In this document: positions 50,615-63,605 of the stretch, piece after piece | Numbering within the stretch: the stretch's first letter is position 1 | Layout: each line of letters opens with the position of its first letter | Source: Squalus acanthias | Lineage: Eukaryota | Direction of reading: 5' to 3' | Length of the DNA stretch: 64,000 bases | NCBI GenBank assembly: GCA_030390025.1 | Contig: CM059431.1 | Coordinates: 119,724,001-119,788,000 of the forward strand | The notes under the pieces: generated by a model | Database searches by the model: none | The model's input: the letters and a program-made list of their open reading frames with translations, nothing else | Told to the model about the DNA's origin: nothing | Made by a program: the position numbers and the translations under genes

Positions 50615-52270
50615 TACACCCTGTCACCTTGTCCCAAAACCCGCGCACGCCCCCCCCCCCCACACACTGCCCCGCCACACCCCAGAGCCATGTAATCTCC
50701 TGGGAGATTAGGGAAAAAAATCTGGAAAATCCCTCTATGAACCCTTTACATGATTGAAATTAGTCCAGGAGATCCTGATTTATTTATAGGATACCTACTT
50801 CTTGCGTGAGCCAAAAACAGGTCCAGCTCTTTCTTGAAGGAATACAGTGAATCAGCACGAGCCAGCAACCTGTTCCACAGGCCCACTATTGTCTAGAAAG
50901 ATCCAAACTAGTTCTGCCCTTATTTAACTTATAAACGTGACCCCTGGTCCTCCCTAACCTATCCAGTTGACTCAATTGGTCCACCAGAACATAATCTAGC
51001 CCCTTCAGTATTTTATCAACCTCGATCAAATCACCACTGAATCTATGCTTTTCTAAAGTGTACAGACCCAGCTCTTTGGGAGAGAAATTCATTATAGCCC
51101 CGTTTGGGGTGCTACAACTTCGAAAGCTGAAAAATTAGTGCCAGGCGCTAATGATGATAGGCTCCTGTGAAATTCAGTTGTCGCGCTCCAAGAGGGAAGT
51201 GGAGCGCTAACCACTTCTCTTAGGGCACTAAAGTCGGAGAGCGGGGCGGTACCGGCAGATTGCGAGACAATTTGCAGCGCATTCCAGATGGCACCTCTTC
51301 AATCACAGAGGCTGCTTCCCTCGCTTAAAGGGAAGGGACAATACTGCACCAGAAGCTATTTGTCGGCACTGCAGTCTTGCAAGGCGACTGCCAATACAGC
51401 CCCAAACACTGTCACGAAGTGGAGGGCTTGGACATCCTGCATCAATGAAAGAGTGAAAACTTTGCGCAGGCACCAGACTGGTGCAAATAATAACGGTTCA
51501 GCGATCTGAAAAGCATTCCCTTTAATTACCGCTCCCGAAGCAGCCATCCAACTTCAGAACGCCTTCTCTTGCTGCCGTTGTCAGCGCAAGGCAATACTGC
51601 AGGGGGCGAAAGTCAATTTCACATCCGGGGCGGTAACAGGGCGCTGCGCACTTGATGACGTCACGATCTCCGGAGCGCTAGAGACCGAGGTGGTAAGTGT
51701 TAGCACCAGCGCAAAACCACCAGGGAAGTTCGTGGGCATCGCTGAATTCGCGACGCCCAGCCGGTAACCCCTTAGCGCCCCGTTACCGCCCCCCGCAGGC
51801 GGTAACGGGAGGCGCAAAGCAGCCGAATTTCTAGCCCTTTGAGCCTATCTGGGTAATGAAGGTGTTTTAAACTAGGAATTAATCTTGTGGCCCTCCTCTG
51901 CACCCTTTCCAGAGCCTCAATATCCCCCACCATGTGAGGAGACCAAAACTGGACACAGTATTCTAACTGAGGCCTAACTAGGGTCTTGTATAAGGACAAA
52001 ATGGCATGCTTTGTTTGATATAGAATTGTCCTGTGAATACAACCTAGAAACATGTTTACTTCACCTATAACTTCACGGCATTGTTCATGAACCTTTAGAA
52101 TATGATGCACTAAAACACCCAAATCTCTTTCTTTTACCACTGGCTTTAATTCTGTTCCATGAAGGGTAGAAGTAGATTCAACACTTGATCTGCCTAAATG
52201 CATATTGTTGACTTCCAGATATGGCAAGGCCTCCTGTTTTAAATGTTGAATAAGATTTATATTAAATTTC
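50615..52270 (-). mobile_element. Older CR1 LINE 3' portion, interrupted by a MITE
   Basis: KERDLGVLV...LYKTLVRPQLEYCVQFWSP...LERVQRRATRLI; LGLYTLEKHRFSGDLIEV. Confidence 0.85.
51078..51837. mobile_element. Harbinger-type MITE inserted in CR1
   Basis: TIRs gggagagaaattc / gaatttctagccc, TSD TTT; excision restores cccagctctttgagcc. Confidence 0.85.
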
Positions 52271-52349
52271 AATTATTCCAATAATATTATTTGCTCAAAA
52301 GTAGCATTAGGCTAGCCTCATATCATTGTACAATATGATCGGAGGCTTC

Positions 52350-52810
52350 GGGCTGGATTTTCAATGACCCGTGGAGGCGGGTTTGGAGGCGTGTGGGGGG
52401 TTAAAATAATGAAAAGAGGCGGGCGGACCTGATCCCGACTCCATTCCGCCTCCACGCAATTTTGACAAAATCGGTCACGGTGTTCCCGACTCCGTCCCGC
52501 CTCCAAGAGGCGGGAGAAGCCATTAAAGCCCTTAACAAGCCCTAAATTGGCTCTGTAATACCATTTTGAAACGTTTTAGCTAGTTTAACCCTTTTCCGAC
52601 GTGAAGCACACCTGATGTGAAACACACCTGTGAAACCTGGCGGGAGCACAAGTGGATAGCTGACTATCAGCTGCAGGTCCACTATTACAACGGAGATGTG
52701 ATGAAGGTAGTAGTAGTATTAGGTCTGAAAGTCGCCTCTGATGCTGCTGCATTGAATGTCTTCAGAGACTGCCTGGCCTTGCTGTGAGAGGACCTAGATG
52801 CAAAAAAAAT

Positions 52811-52842
<32 letters not shown>

Positions 52843-53139
52843 CTCTCTCTCTCTCTCTCTGATGCTGCTCATTTTGCATCCAGGTCCTCTCACAGCAAAG
52901 GTCAGGCAGTCTCTGAGACCAGGCAGTCTCTGACCTGCAATGCAGCAGCAATGATGACATCATCAGAGGCAACTTTCAGACTGAAACCACTAATTGGTTC
53001 ATGGGTTCCCACATGCTGGAACTCAATTGCCCAATTCGGTGAAAATTGCATTAATCTCCCACATCCAATTCCAGTCGGGTGGATAACACGAAATGCGGAT
53101 GACACGACCCCAACCCGCCCCAGTATCAAAATCCAGCCC
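52350..53139. mobile_element. Harbinger-type MITE with internal foldback around (CT)n
   Basis: Perfect TIRs gggctggatttt / aaaatccagccc, TSD TTC. Confidence 0.85.
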
Positions 53140-54009
53140 TTCATCTTCCTCCTTTCCTCTTCGTATTGCTGTATCCAGCTGGTGCGAAATTAAAGATAAA
53201 TTAGCCGATTCATGCCAGCCTGTATGGTGATAGATAAAAGATAGGGTGATAAATATTTCTTTAGTTGGTGTGGGATTCTGAGGAAGAAATGTAATCTCAA
53301 ACATGCACTACTCTCGTACCTCCATGCTTATTTTTTAATTTCAATTTGCAGCTACAATAATAGGAGATAAATCTCTTAATTAGGCCCTGAGAATGAGCTG
53401 GATTTTGTAATATTTGCTGGAGGCCAAATTTGCTCATTCTGCTATTGCTTCCTTCTGAGAGTTTTGCCTGGTAGACAACTAGAAGCAGGATTACATAGAA
53501 CTGAAGGCTCTGCTGCTTCAGGCCATAAGCCAATGACTCTCTAAACCAACTGTTAAACAAAACCTTTATTTAGGAGAAATGCAATGGATTTGGTTTGTTT
53601 TCAATGCTTAGAACCTTTTTAAAGTAATGCTAATGTACTTTACTTGTTAAAATGTTTCTAAACCCAGAATATGCATCCAAACATAACATAACAACAGATG
53701 GTGGCAGATCTGTAGAATTGTCAGTAATGCAACTCGTAATGCCAGACTTCACAGTGCTCAATGTAAAAATGCTTAATAAACATTACTTTATTCCGTAAAC
53801 TTTACCATATGTTCCTGCTGCAGTATTCGCTACATTGATTATCTGAAGTAGAAAATAGATATGTGTTGAATTCTACCAAAATATAGTCATGTCTATTGTA
53901 CGGTCCAACTTTCAGTGTAGAATTATAAATTTAACAAGGTCTCGTGCCACCAGCAGAGCCTTAAAACATTTAGTAGTGTGTAACATTTAAGATGTACAAT
54001 GAATTCTGT

Positions 54010-54144
54010 GGGGGGTAATTTTGACTTTGGGCGTTAATGTAAAACTGCAATATTGGATTAACCATCCATTATGTGTAGCTCCTGAAATGGGTGGCTGATC
54101 CGATATCATCCATTTTACATTATTGTCCCAGGTCAAAATTCCCC
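54010..54144. mobile_element. Short palindromic MITE
   Basis: ggggtaattttgac...tgtaaaac / ttttaca...gtcaaaattcccc. Confidence 0.65.
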
Positions 54145-54945
54145 TTGTATTTCATATACTTTACTGTACTGTCCCATCTTGGCCAGTTGGTAGCAGTCTT
54201 GCCTCTGAGTCATCTTGGGACTTTCTTCTACATTATAGGTGCTATTTAAATGCAAGTTGTTGTCATTGTTGACTCATTAGCATGTTGTAGGGCCGCCTCC
54301 GGCTTGGCAGCTGGCCGAATTGATAGCCTGGCCAGTGGGCGGGAGAAAACACTTGGGGCAGGAGGCCACTGCTGGCCGAAGCCGGGGACTCATGGGGATG
54401 GTCGTTGGCACTGAAAAGGGAACATCAGCTCCAGGCCACGATCGGGAGGGCTGGGAGGCTGCCGACTGAGAGGATTGGGTGAGGCTGGCGATCAGGAGGG
54501 CTGGGGAAGGTTGGGATCGTGAAGGGTAGGGGAGGCTGAAGGCTTCCTTGACGGGCTTTGGAGAGCACTCCTGCACCCCCTGGCCCACAAGGAGTGCTGA
54601 AAGAGCCACTTATCTCGCTGAGCCAGCAGCTCCTGCCTTGGATCAATTGCCAGGAATTCAACAGCTCGGGCCTCTCCCTCACTTACTGTTAAATTTAAGT
54701 CGTGGCACCGATGAAGTCATCAGGCTGTGACTTTGGTATGTTAATTAGCCTCCTGCCTTATCCATGACCTTTAAAATTTAAGGAGATGGGAATGGGGTCA
54801 GGTTGGGGTCGTGTTCCCAATCTGATATTTTAATCCCCCCACCCACCCCCCGACCCTCTCCTGTCCATTGGGGGTGGGGTGGGGGGAGGTTGAGATTGAG
54901 GCCAATATATTTCGATGCAGGACACAACTCAAGTGACAAAATATC

Positions 54946-55110
54946 GGGGCGATTTTGAGTGCGGGTGAAAAACTGACGGTTGCAGATCCGACGCCTGTTA
55001 TATACCTCACCTGATTTATCTTCTATTGACTTCATCAGGTGGGGTGTTTAATGAGTGGCTGAGCTGCAACTGTCAGTTTTCCGCTCGAGCTCAAAGTGAA
55101 AATTATCCCC
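54946..55110. mobile_element. Palindromic MITE
   Basis: aaaactgacggttgcag / ctgcaactgtcagtttt and cacctgat / atcaggtg arms around ctattgacttc. Confidence 0.6.
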
Positions 55111-55959
55111 ATTATTTCTAGATTTTTTCTGCATCAGTGATGAAATAAATGGAGTAAGTTTCTAATTACGTGTTGGTGGTGCGTAACCTCACCTGCTGCC
55201 AGCGTACATTGCATGCGCACTGATTTTCTGATTGGCACTACTGCCAGCATGTGCTCAGAAAAAATAGGTCAAGGAATTATTTTCTTCATTTTCCCCCCCC
55301 AATTTCACAATACTGGATGCTTATAAATATCAATAATTATTATTATGATAAATATCAGATCATTTGTATTTGTTGATCTGATATGCACTGTTTACAAAGA
55401 TGCAGAATTAATCGTTAAACACTAGCCCAGACTAATGGAATGGAAGGGTCCTCTTTCAGCTGGAGAATGAGTTTGAGGAGTCTCAGCCCAGTTCATACCA
55501 AGCATGGCCCACAAACATAAAGCTGCCTCTAAAACATCCCTAGCTTGAAGAGCATAAAAAAGAGAAAAATCCGTCAAATGCTAAAGAGATTGTATGATGA
55601 GTTAGAAGGCTTTGTAGATAACGCTCACACATTCTGGTGGTGTCAGTGTAGGTGATCACTATGCTGAACTACACAACTGGCTCCTTTGCAACCCTAGATG
55701 AAATAATTAAACCCAAGAGCAATAATTAGGATCAGTCAGTCAACATTGTTCAAAGTCATTTCTCAGGTCATCATTGCTGTTCAGGAGCACACTACATTAT
55801 ACTAGCTTCCGAGCATCTCACATGCAATGAGAGAATCCAAAAGGTATTCTCTGTGATTATTGACTACAATACTACCCACGCAGAGACCTACAGAGTATTC
55901 ACATGCAAAATGTAACAGGGAAAGGCATGATTTTGATGAATACGCAGACAATATATATT

Positions 55960-56810
55960 GGCCCCAAATTGCTGGAGCGTTCTGTTGATCTCCTACGGTA
56001 ACTCTGGTCAAACACCAAGGAAAATGGTGGCGACCCAGTAGCACCAGGTCTCTGCTATTTTTGGAGGTTTTGTAGCTGCCTTATATGGGGAGGAAACATA
56101 GAAACATAGAAACTAGGAGCAGGAGTAGGCCATTCGGCCCGTCGAGCCTGCTCCACCATTCAATACGATCATGGCTGATCATCCAAATCCAGTACCCTGT
56201 CCCTGCTTTCTCACACAGAATCCCCTTCGAGCCTGAACCTCCTTTTTCCCCTTACAAAGCAAATGATGGCCAGGGAGCAGAGATTCCGCTCATGAGCCTG
56301 GGAGCGAATCTGACGTTCTTGTGGTGGCCATTAAGCCGAGTGTATATACTGATCTCCATCAGAGCCTTTATGGGCCCCACTCATGAGGTACAGGCCAAGC
56401 AGGTAGTATGGTCCCTCATAGACTTCAGAATTAAAAAAAAACTTACCCAGTCTGTCCCCTTCCTCAGGGGACCGAAAAGAACAAGCAGGATCAAGGTGGC
56501 GACCTGGACAATTCCCCCTGACTCCAGGATGGGCAAACAAGTGATTTTACTTAGGGAATGCAGTAGACAGGCAAATCTCTGGTGCCCATCTAGCCCATGC
56601 CCATTGAAACTCTCTTGTCCACCCGCCCGGGGAGGGGTGGGGAGCTTGCCTATGGCCAAGTTCTCTGTCTTTGACTACATCTAGATCTCTTGAGCAAAAA
56701 TAAATCTTAAGTGCGTCCGGCCTGGACGCCCCATTACAAAACAGCCAGAAAACTCCCAGTAATGATGGACACCCACCAGAGACTGGCAGAATCCATGGAA
56801 TTTTGGGGCC
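55960..56810. mobile_element. Harbinger-type MITE containing a CR1 tail (about 56093-56212, minus)
   Basis: TIRs ggccccaaatt / aattttggggcc; (aaacatag)n CR1 tail inside. Confidence 0.7.
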
Positions 56811-57464
56811 AATGTTGACAATATCAGCTTGAATGTGTGCGCTAATTATCCTGGCAGCAATCAAAACACATTTAGATAAGTATCTCATTTACACGAGGAG
56901 AACTAACTAGTGGATTTCTGTTCTATAAGACGTTAGCACATGGGTCTCATTGTTTGTGTTCAGTTGATAGTTTAATGCTTCATTAACACATCGTATATTC
57001 AGCAAATGACCCAGGCTATATCCAGAAACCACTGATCCTGCATATAATTCAGAATGCTTTACCCTTCTCAAAGCTTTCTGCGAATAGAAATTCCTATCTC
57101 TTCTCATTGAAATATTCCTCATTTCTTTTGGAAAAAATCACTGCCACTGTTGATATCTTTGACACTTTCTTCTGCTATTTTGTCCCATTGTTATATTCTG
57201 ATAGACCAGTGACTTGCTGTACCCCTTTAAAACACAGTGCATATCTAAGTTGCAGTCCATTCACATATTACACGTGATTAATGAATATACCTACTGTATC
57301 AGTGCCATGTGCATCAAAGCAGGAAATTGAATTCTAAAGTGTGTCATAGTACACATAATAAATATATTAAACCATGGGTGTGCTTTGTGTTTTGCATATG
57401 TTTCAATTAAAACAAAACATAAAATTTAGACCTTTTATGTTTGTTCTATAATCATCATTAGCAC

Positions 57465-57880
57465 CGCATCCACCACCTTAAACATTCACTTCCTCCACCA
57501 CCGGCGTACCGTGGCTACAGTGTGTACCATCTACAAGATGCACTGTAGCAACTCGCCAAGGCTTCTTCGGCAGCACCTCCCAAATCCGCGACCTCTACCA
57601 CCTAGAAGGACAAGTGCAGCAGGCAGATGGGAACACCACCACCTCCAAGTTCCCCTCCAAGTCACACACCATCCTGACTTGGAAGTATATCGCTGTTCCT
57701 TCATTATCGCTGGGTCAAAATTCTGGAACTCCCTCCCTAACAGCACTGTGGGAGTACCTTCACCACACGACTGCAGCGGTTCAAGAAGACGGCTCACCAC
57801 CACCTTCTCAAGGGCAACTAGGGATGGGCAATAAATGTTGGCCTGCCAGAAATGCCCACATCCCATGAACAAATATTTTT
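57465..57880 (+). mobile_element. CR1-group LINE 3' end (distinct family)
   Basis: HHRRTVATVCTIYKMHC...LLRQHLP...WNSLPNS; tail caccaccttctcaagggcaactagggatgggcaa shared with 61085-61245. Confidence 0.7.
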
Positions 57881-58282
57881 TTTTAAATCCCATTTTGGGA
57901 GTAAAGTTTTCTCAGTACTTGGAAAAGTGCTTCATGTGGCATTATCTCCAGCACTGAGTCCCTTGGGAGAACCTGACTTAGTCCAGACAGTCAAGTTGTT
58001 CCTTAGTGTGTTATTGCTTGCTTGCAGATTGACTGGTCATAATTTGAAAGGAAGAGAAATAACTAGACTTTGCTTCATAGTACTAAGAAATGGTTGCTCT
58101 ATCTGGCTGAGGGAATTTATTTCTGGCACTTCAGTTGTTAAGTGACATTTTTCTTTGCCTTTACACCCGTTTCTTCTCCAATATCAGATTATAGCTATGT
58201 GTGGCCTCGATGATAGACTCTCAGTTTTTCATTCTTCTATATTGCTTACTGTTGCATGACCTATTATGGAGCTGTACTGTAG

Positions 58283-59933
58283 TGTAAGGGGTTTTGTCGT
58301 GCTTGTATCACAGACGGTGCTGGTGCGAGGTTAGGCCTTCGTTGCCTAATACTATTGCTTGCTCTGGTCTCCGGCCAGCCTTGTTGCAATAAGCACCTGT
58401 GAGTGGTTCGACCCACTCGCCCTTACGGTTCTAACACTGGACTTAGGTGCGAGAGCAGTAATGCAGAGAAAAACTCAAATAGACCCGGTTGAATAGTACG
58501 AAGTGGAAATCTTTATTGCATAGTATCCAAAATCATGAAGTACATGTCATAGGCGCAAATTAATGAGAGTACAAGTATACATACATTCATAAAGCTTGGT
58601 CTATGGTAATGAAGAACGCACGGCACATCGTAAAAAGGGGAACACATTATACTTTATCCTTATTAAAACCACCTTCCCCTATCAATACCTACACTACGTC
58701 TAGATTTGTAGGATCGGGAAACATGCTCACCACTCGTGATACTTCGGAGAATTTTAAAGTGAGGCACTCGGCTCGTTCGCTGCAGCGCCTGACTGTCACG
58801 TGTTTGGAGGGGTCTCTGTACCCCACTTGTTTATCTTCGCTGCTGCGGCAAGCAGGCTGGGCTCCCCGTTGTCATGAAGAACTCGACAGCACTCGGGCCC
58901 GGCTGTAGAATTCAAAGAAAAGTCTTCCTGTACTGACACCAGTTGTCGGTAGAATTCAAAGAAGAGTCTTTGACCGGTTCGTGCAGTAACCTGTAGAGTT
59001 CAAGAAATGGGTCGTATATTTTCGGGCGCGGTCGGGGTTTACTGACCGTGGCGGCACGTGGATTCTTCTTCTTCTCTTGTCGTTTCGTCTTGTCTCTTCG
59101 GGCCTTCGGGTCCAGACACCGTTTACCAACTCTCGGGATGGTGCACCCGGTCACTTGCCCTCGTCGGGGCGGCTCGTTCCAATTGAGGTCCACCCAATGT
59201 TCAAATAACCGACCAGTATGGCTAAAAGTCAAGAGTCAACAAAGTCCAGCCCTAAAGAAGAGCTTCAGCCAGCGATCGAGCGAGTCAAAAAGAGAGCGAT
59301 GGACATTTGTTCACTATAGTTATAGTGCTGTGTTCCCTTATCTCCCGCCCAAATCTTAAAGTTTGTCCTTTGTGAAATATTGGCGCTCAAAACTCCCAGC
59401 ATGGAGTGATTCTTGTCTTTAACGGGTTTCGGTAGCACCTGAGACTGGCCAACTACCCGTTAATGTTTTCCCCATTGTTGGCCCAGCCAGGATCGTATGA
59501 ATCGTCTCCCTGACTGGTTTTGGGGGCCCCCGAATACTTGTTTAATCACCCGAGAATGGCTCTCTCATTGTAGAGCCGTGGGGGTATTTGTGTATTGATG
59601 TGTCTGGATGGGCTTTCGATTGCCCAGTACAATGGTCCTTACTTGTGCATGGAAAACAATTTCAGCACTCAAATATTTTGCTATTGTCACAAATGCAAAC
59701 AGGTTGCATCCTGTCTTTATCAGTGCTTATCGAGTATGATCCCGTCTTATATTGAAAATGTTTACTTGAACGCCATCTTGTCTGCCCACTGTAATTCTGG
59801 AAGCTTCTGCCACGATGCGCGGCGGCCATTTTACAGGCTTCTGTGTCCTTTATATCATGACAGCATTTTGTTTAAATAAACTGATCAAACGAATCTGCTT
59901 CTCTTTCGTTATTTTGAATCGCGAAACTTTACA
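58283..59933 (-). mobile_element. Long solo LTR (1651 bp), CpG-rich
   Basis: TG...CA termini (tgtaa / ttaca), 4-bp TSD GTAG (58279-58282, 59934-59937); minus-strand CCAAT, GC box, TATA-like and AATAAA. Confidence 0.8.
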
Positions 59934-60264
59934 GTAGCTTACAGATGTGGCCTAATTATATACTTGACCGTGCAGTGCTTTTTCATTTCTACTTGTGTAA
60001 TTCATTATTCCTTCAAAAAAAATTACTTTAATAAATGTGAAAAACTGCATTGCAGCAAGCGCAATAAAACTCTAAGCATAAGCCTCTAAATATTTGATGA
60101 GAAGCAAATTTTTCCCTTTACCCAAATATTATGAACTGTTCCATAAATAATTGTGTATTAGAACAGATATATTTCAGATTCCAAGATGCTGTGATTTATA
60201 TTTCATCTTAGTGTTGCTTTTGCAATATTAGAAAACATTGAAGTTGCTGCATTATATGGTTTCA

Positions 60265-60710
60265 CCCTGTGCACGCTGATCTGCTTTGGCCTCAATCAAC
60301 GGCAATGCCTTCATTTAAAAATGTTTGTTCTTGTGTTCAAATACTTTCATGGCTCACCCCTCCCTTTCTCTACATCCTCCGTCAGCCCTACAACCCTCCG
60401 AGAACTCTATGTTCCTTCAAATCTGTCCTCTTGCGCATCAATCATTTCATTCGGCCCCCACCATTAGCGGCCGTGCCTTCAGCCGACTGGGCCCTAAGCT
60501 CTGGAATTCCCTTCCTAACCCTCTCCGTCTTTCTACCTCTCTCTCCTCCTTTAAGACGCTCTTTAAAACCTACCTCTTTGACCAAGTTTTTGGTCACCTG
60601 CCCTAATCTCTCCTTATGTGGCTGGGTATCAAATGTTTGGCCCTGTGATGCACCTTGGGATGTTTTACTACGTTAAAGACGTGATATAAATACAAGTTGT
60701 TGTTGTTGAT
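60265..60710 (+). mobile_element. L2 LINE 3' fragment
   Basis: QPYNPPRTLCS, GRAFSRLGPKLWNSLP...FKTLFKTYLF; (tgt)n tail. Confidence 0.85.
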
Positions 60711-61084
60711 GATCCATTGTTGTTTAGGTTTTTGCCCTGCAAGAGACATGGCACAATATTCCTCGATAAATCTTTGTTATGATGCATTAGTAAAGTTTTA
60801 TTCCGTTTACATGAATCTTAAGTCTAGCTATCTGCAGGTGTAAGTTTCTATACATTCTTCTAATAGGCTAATAGACTACCTGCTATGTTCATTCCAAAGT
60901 ATCATCAGGGAATGGCTCCACACAACTCTGACATGCTTCTGCATGCTTTCTAAACAGAATATAATGTTTGCTTTCGAAAGGTATTATTTTTCATCCAAGT
61001 AAAAAGTCAACAGCTGTTCTGGATATAGAGAAAAACAGATTGGAGCACAGGGGTTAATTAAGAAAACACAATTAAAATATGTTA

Positions 61085-61245
61085 CTCCAGTCCCACATCA
61101 ATGTGGTTGACTCCTAATTACCTGCTGAAGTGGCCTAGCAAACAACTCAGTTGTATCAAACAACTGCAATGCAAGAGGGCGGCCCACCATCACCTTCTCA
61201 AGGGAAATTAGGGATGGGCAAAGCCCATATCCCAAGAATAAGTAA
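61085..61245 (+). mobile_element. SINE/LINE 3' tail fragment
   Basis: caccttctcaagggaaattagggatgggcaa matches 57800-57832. Confidence 0.5.
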
Positions 61246-61592
61246 AAATTAAGGCTGCCAATGAACAAAAACCTGAAGGATCAAACCTTCCTCGCAAACA
61301 GTGGACAACCATCAACCGCCTCGGAACCGGTCATGGTAGATGCTGCCACCTTCTCCATAGATGGAAGATTAAGGCATCCCCATCATGTGACTGTGGAGCT
61401 CCTAATCAGACCCTGGAGCACATCATTGAGCACTGCCCTCAGAGGAAATTCGCAGGCAGCCTACAAGATGTCCACGCTGTTACACCAGAAGCTTTGGCCT
61501 AGATATCTGACTTAGATATTGACATTTGATGTGCTTTGCTACTACCATACGAAAGAAGAAGAATAAAATCCTACAATAGAAAATAACAAGTA

Positions 61593-61950
61593 ATTTTAAG
61601 GATTAAAGGAGTTGATAGGGTAGACAGAGAGAAACTATTTCCTCTGGTGGGTGAATCCAGAACAAGGGGGCATAAACTTAAAATTAGAGCTAGGCCGTTC
61701 AAGGATGATGTCAGAAGCATTTCTTCACACAAAGGCTAGTGGAAAGCTGGAACTCTCCCTCAAAAAGCTGTTGAGGCTAGGTCAATTGTAAATTTCAAAA
61801 CTGAGATTAATTGGTTTGTGTTAGGCAAGGGTATTAAGGGTTACAAACCAAGGCAGGTAGATGGAGTTAAGATACAGATCAGCCATGATCTAATTGAAGG
61901 GCAGAACAGGCTTGAGGGGCTGAATAGCCTACTCCTGTTCCTATGTTCCT
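61593..61950 (+). mobile_element. CR1 3' fragment
   Basis: Homologous to 28870-29238; (tgttccta)n tail. Confidence 0.88.
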
Positions 61951-62152
61951 GTATATGTAAAAGGCCCAGAATCAAACAAAAACAACTCAATCTTGCTTGT
62001 AACAGACCTACCTAGTTTGGCAGTCAAAGGTTAAGCTGAGTTCTGTACTTCTCCCATCTAGTATTTCAGTTCTAAAGTGTTTTTATAATATATGCAAGAC
62101 AGTAAATTCTTAGAGATAGTAAAAACAAACAAGGCTTGTTACAGGACATAAT

Positions 62153-63039
62153 GGGGGAGAAATTTAGTATCGCCCCATTTGGGGTGCAATTATCAGCCGG
62201 GCGCAAAGATTAGCACCTGGCGCTAATTATCGCCTCTGACTGCAAACTTGGCTTTTATCGCCTCTGGAGGTGATTGGAGCGCTATATCAGGCATTACACA
62301 CCTGTCTTAAGGCGCAAAGGCCGAGGAGCGAGGCACTACCTCAGAGCGCTGGCGAAGCTCATGTGATGTCAGTCAGCAATGGAACACAGACACACTGGCG
62401 CCGGCCAGTTCTTAAAGGGGAGGGTCGATCTTGCTCTCCATCCACACCCTCCTCATTGCAGCCTTGAATCTCGGCCTGGAGAGACCTGTACATCAAATCT
62501 GTTGGAAAGAACAATGGAGAGGCCCAGGGAAAGAGCTCAGAGTGCAGCCCCCATATTCTCTTCTAAATTGATGCAAGGAAGATCAGACCAGAAAGAACCT
62601 GCAAAGTGCTGCTCAGTACCCAAAACCTCAACACAGTTTTGAATATCTCCTGCAGTCTCTCTCTCTCTCAGAATTCGTGGTGCAAAAGTTTTGCAGACAC
62701 AAAAAGGCAGGAAACGGTTGCCTTTAAATAGCGCTCCCCCAGTCCCTTCCCGACTGCAAAACGCTCTCCTCAACCTGCTGTTGCTAGCGGCAGGCGGTAA
62801 GACAGGGGGCGCCACTCAATATACGGTCCGGGGCGCTACCGGGGTGCTGCACTCTCGACTGACGTCATGATCTGCCGGCCCAGGAGATCGTGGCGGTAGT
62901 GTTTAGCGCCGCTGCAAAATGTCTAGTTAATTTCGTGAGTGGTGCAAAAATCGCCGCGCACGGGCGCTAGTTGCTTTGCGCCCCATTAGCGCCCTCTTAA
63001 GGCGCTAACAGGAGGCGCAACCAACTGAATTTTCCCCCC
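62153..63039. mobile_element. Harbinger-derived non-autonomous element (relative of the 51078 family)
   Basis: TIRs gggggagaaatt / aattttcccccc; keeps the Myb gene start (MERPRERA at about 62514). Confidence 0.75.
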
Positions 63040-63427
63040 CATATTTTAAAACAAAATCCACTCTTTTACATCCATTATAAACAGATCTAAATACCTTTGC
63101 ATGAGTCTAAACAACTAATACAATCTCAGAGTTCTGATGGTCTTCATAGTCATAAGTCTGAACTTTGAGAGCTTTATGTCATCATCTGAGCCACATCATT
63201 TGGATTACACTTAAGCAATTTGCCTGGCGTGGTGGAACTCATAATGGAACTTTAGGGCCACTTGTGATGCAAATATTCAGAGCTTGTAGCTTTCAGCACA
63301 ACTGCTGCTCCACGTATCTCTGGGCCTTCATTAACAGCAGAGAGAGAAAGAAAAATAAATTCCTTGGACAAAAAGTTATTGACCTAGACATACCTACTTA
63401 TTCCTGAATGAGGACCGTTCTAACAAT

Positions 63428-63605
63428 AATGAGAAGTCGCACAACACCAGGTTATAGTCCAACAGTTTTATTTAAAAATTACGAGCTTTCGGAGCGCGCG
63501 CCGAAAGCTCGTAATTTTAAATAAAACTGTTGGACTATAACCTGGTGTTGTACGACTTCTCATTTTTGTCCACCCCAGTCCAACACCGGCATCTCCACAT
63601 CATGA
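63428..63605. mobile_element. PLE-like insertion: about 65-bp near-perfect palindrome plus 3' extension, 12-bp TSD
   Basis: Arms 63428-63492 / 63501-63564; cgttctaacaat duplicated at 63416-63427 and 63606-63617. Confidence 0.85.
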
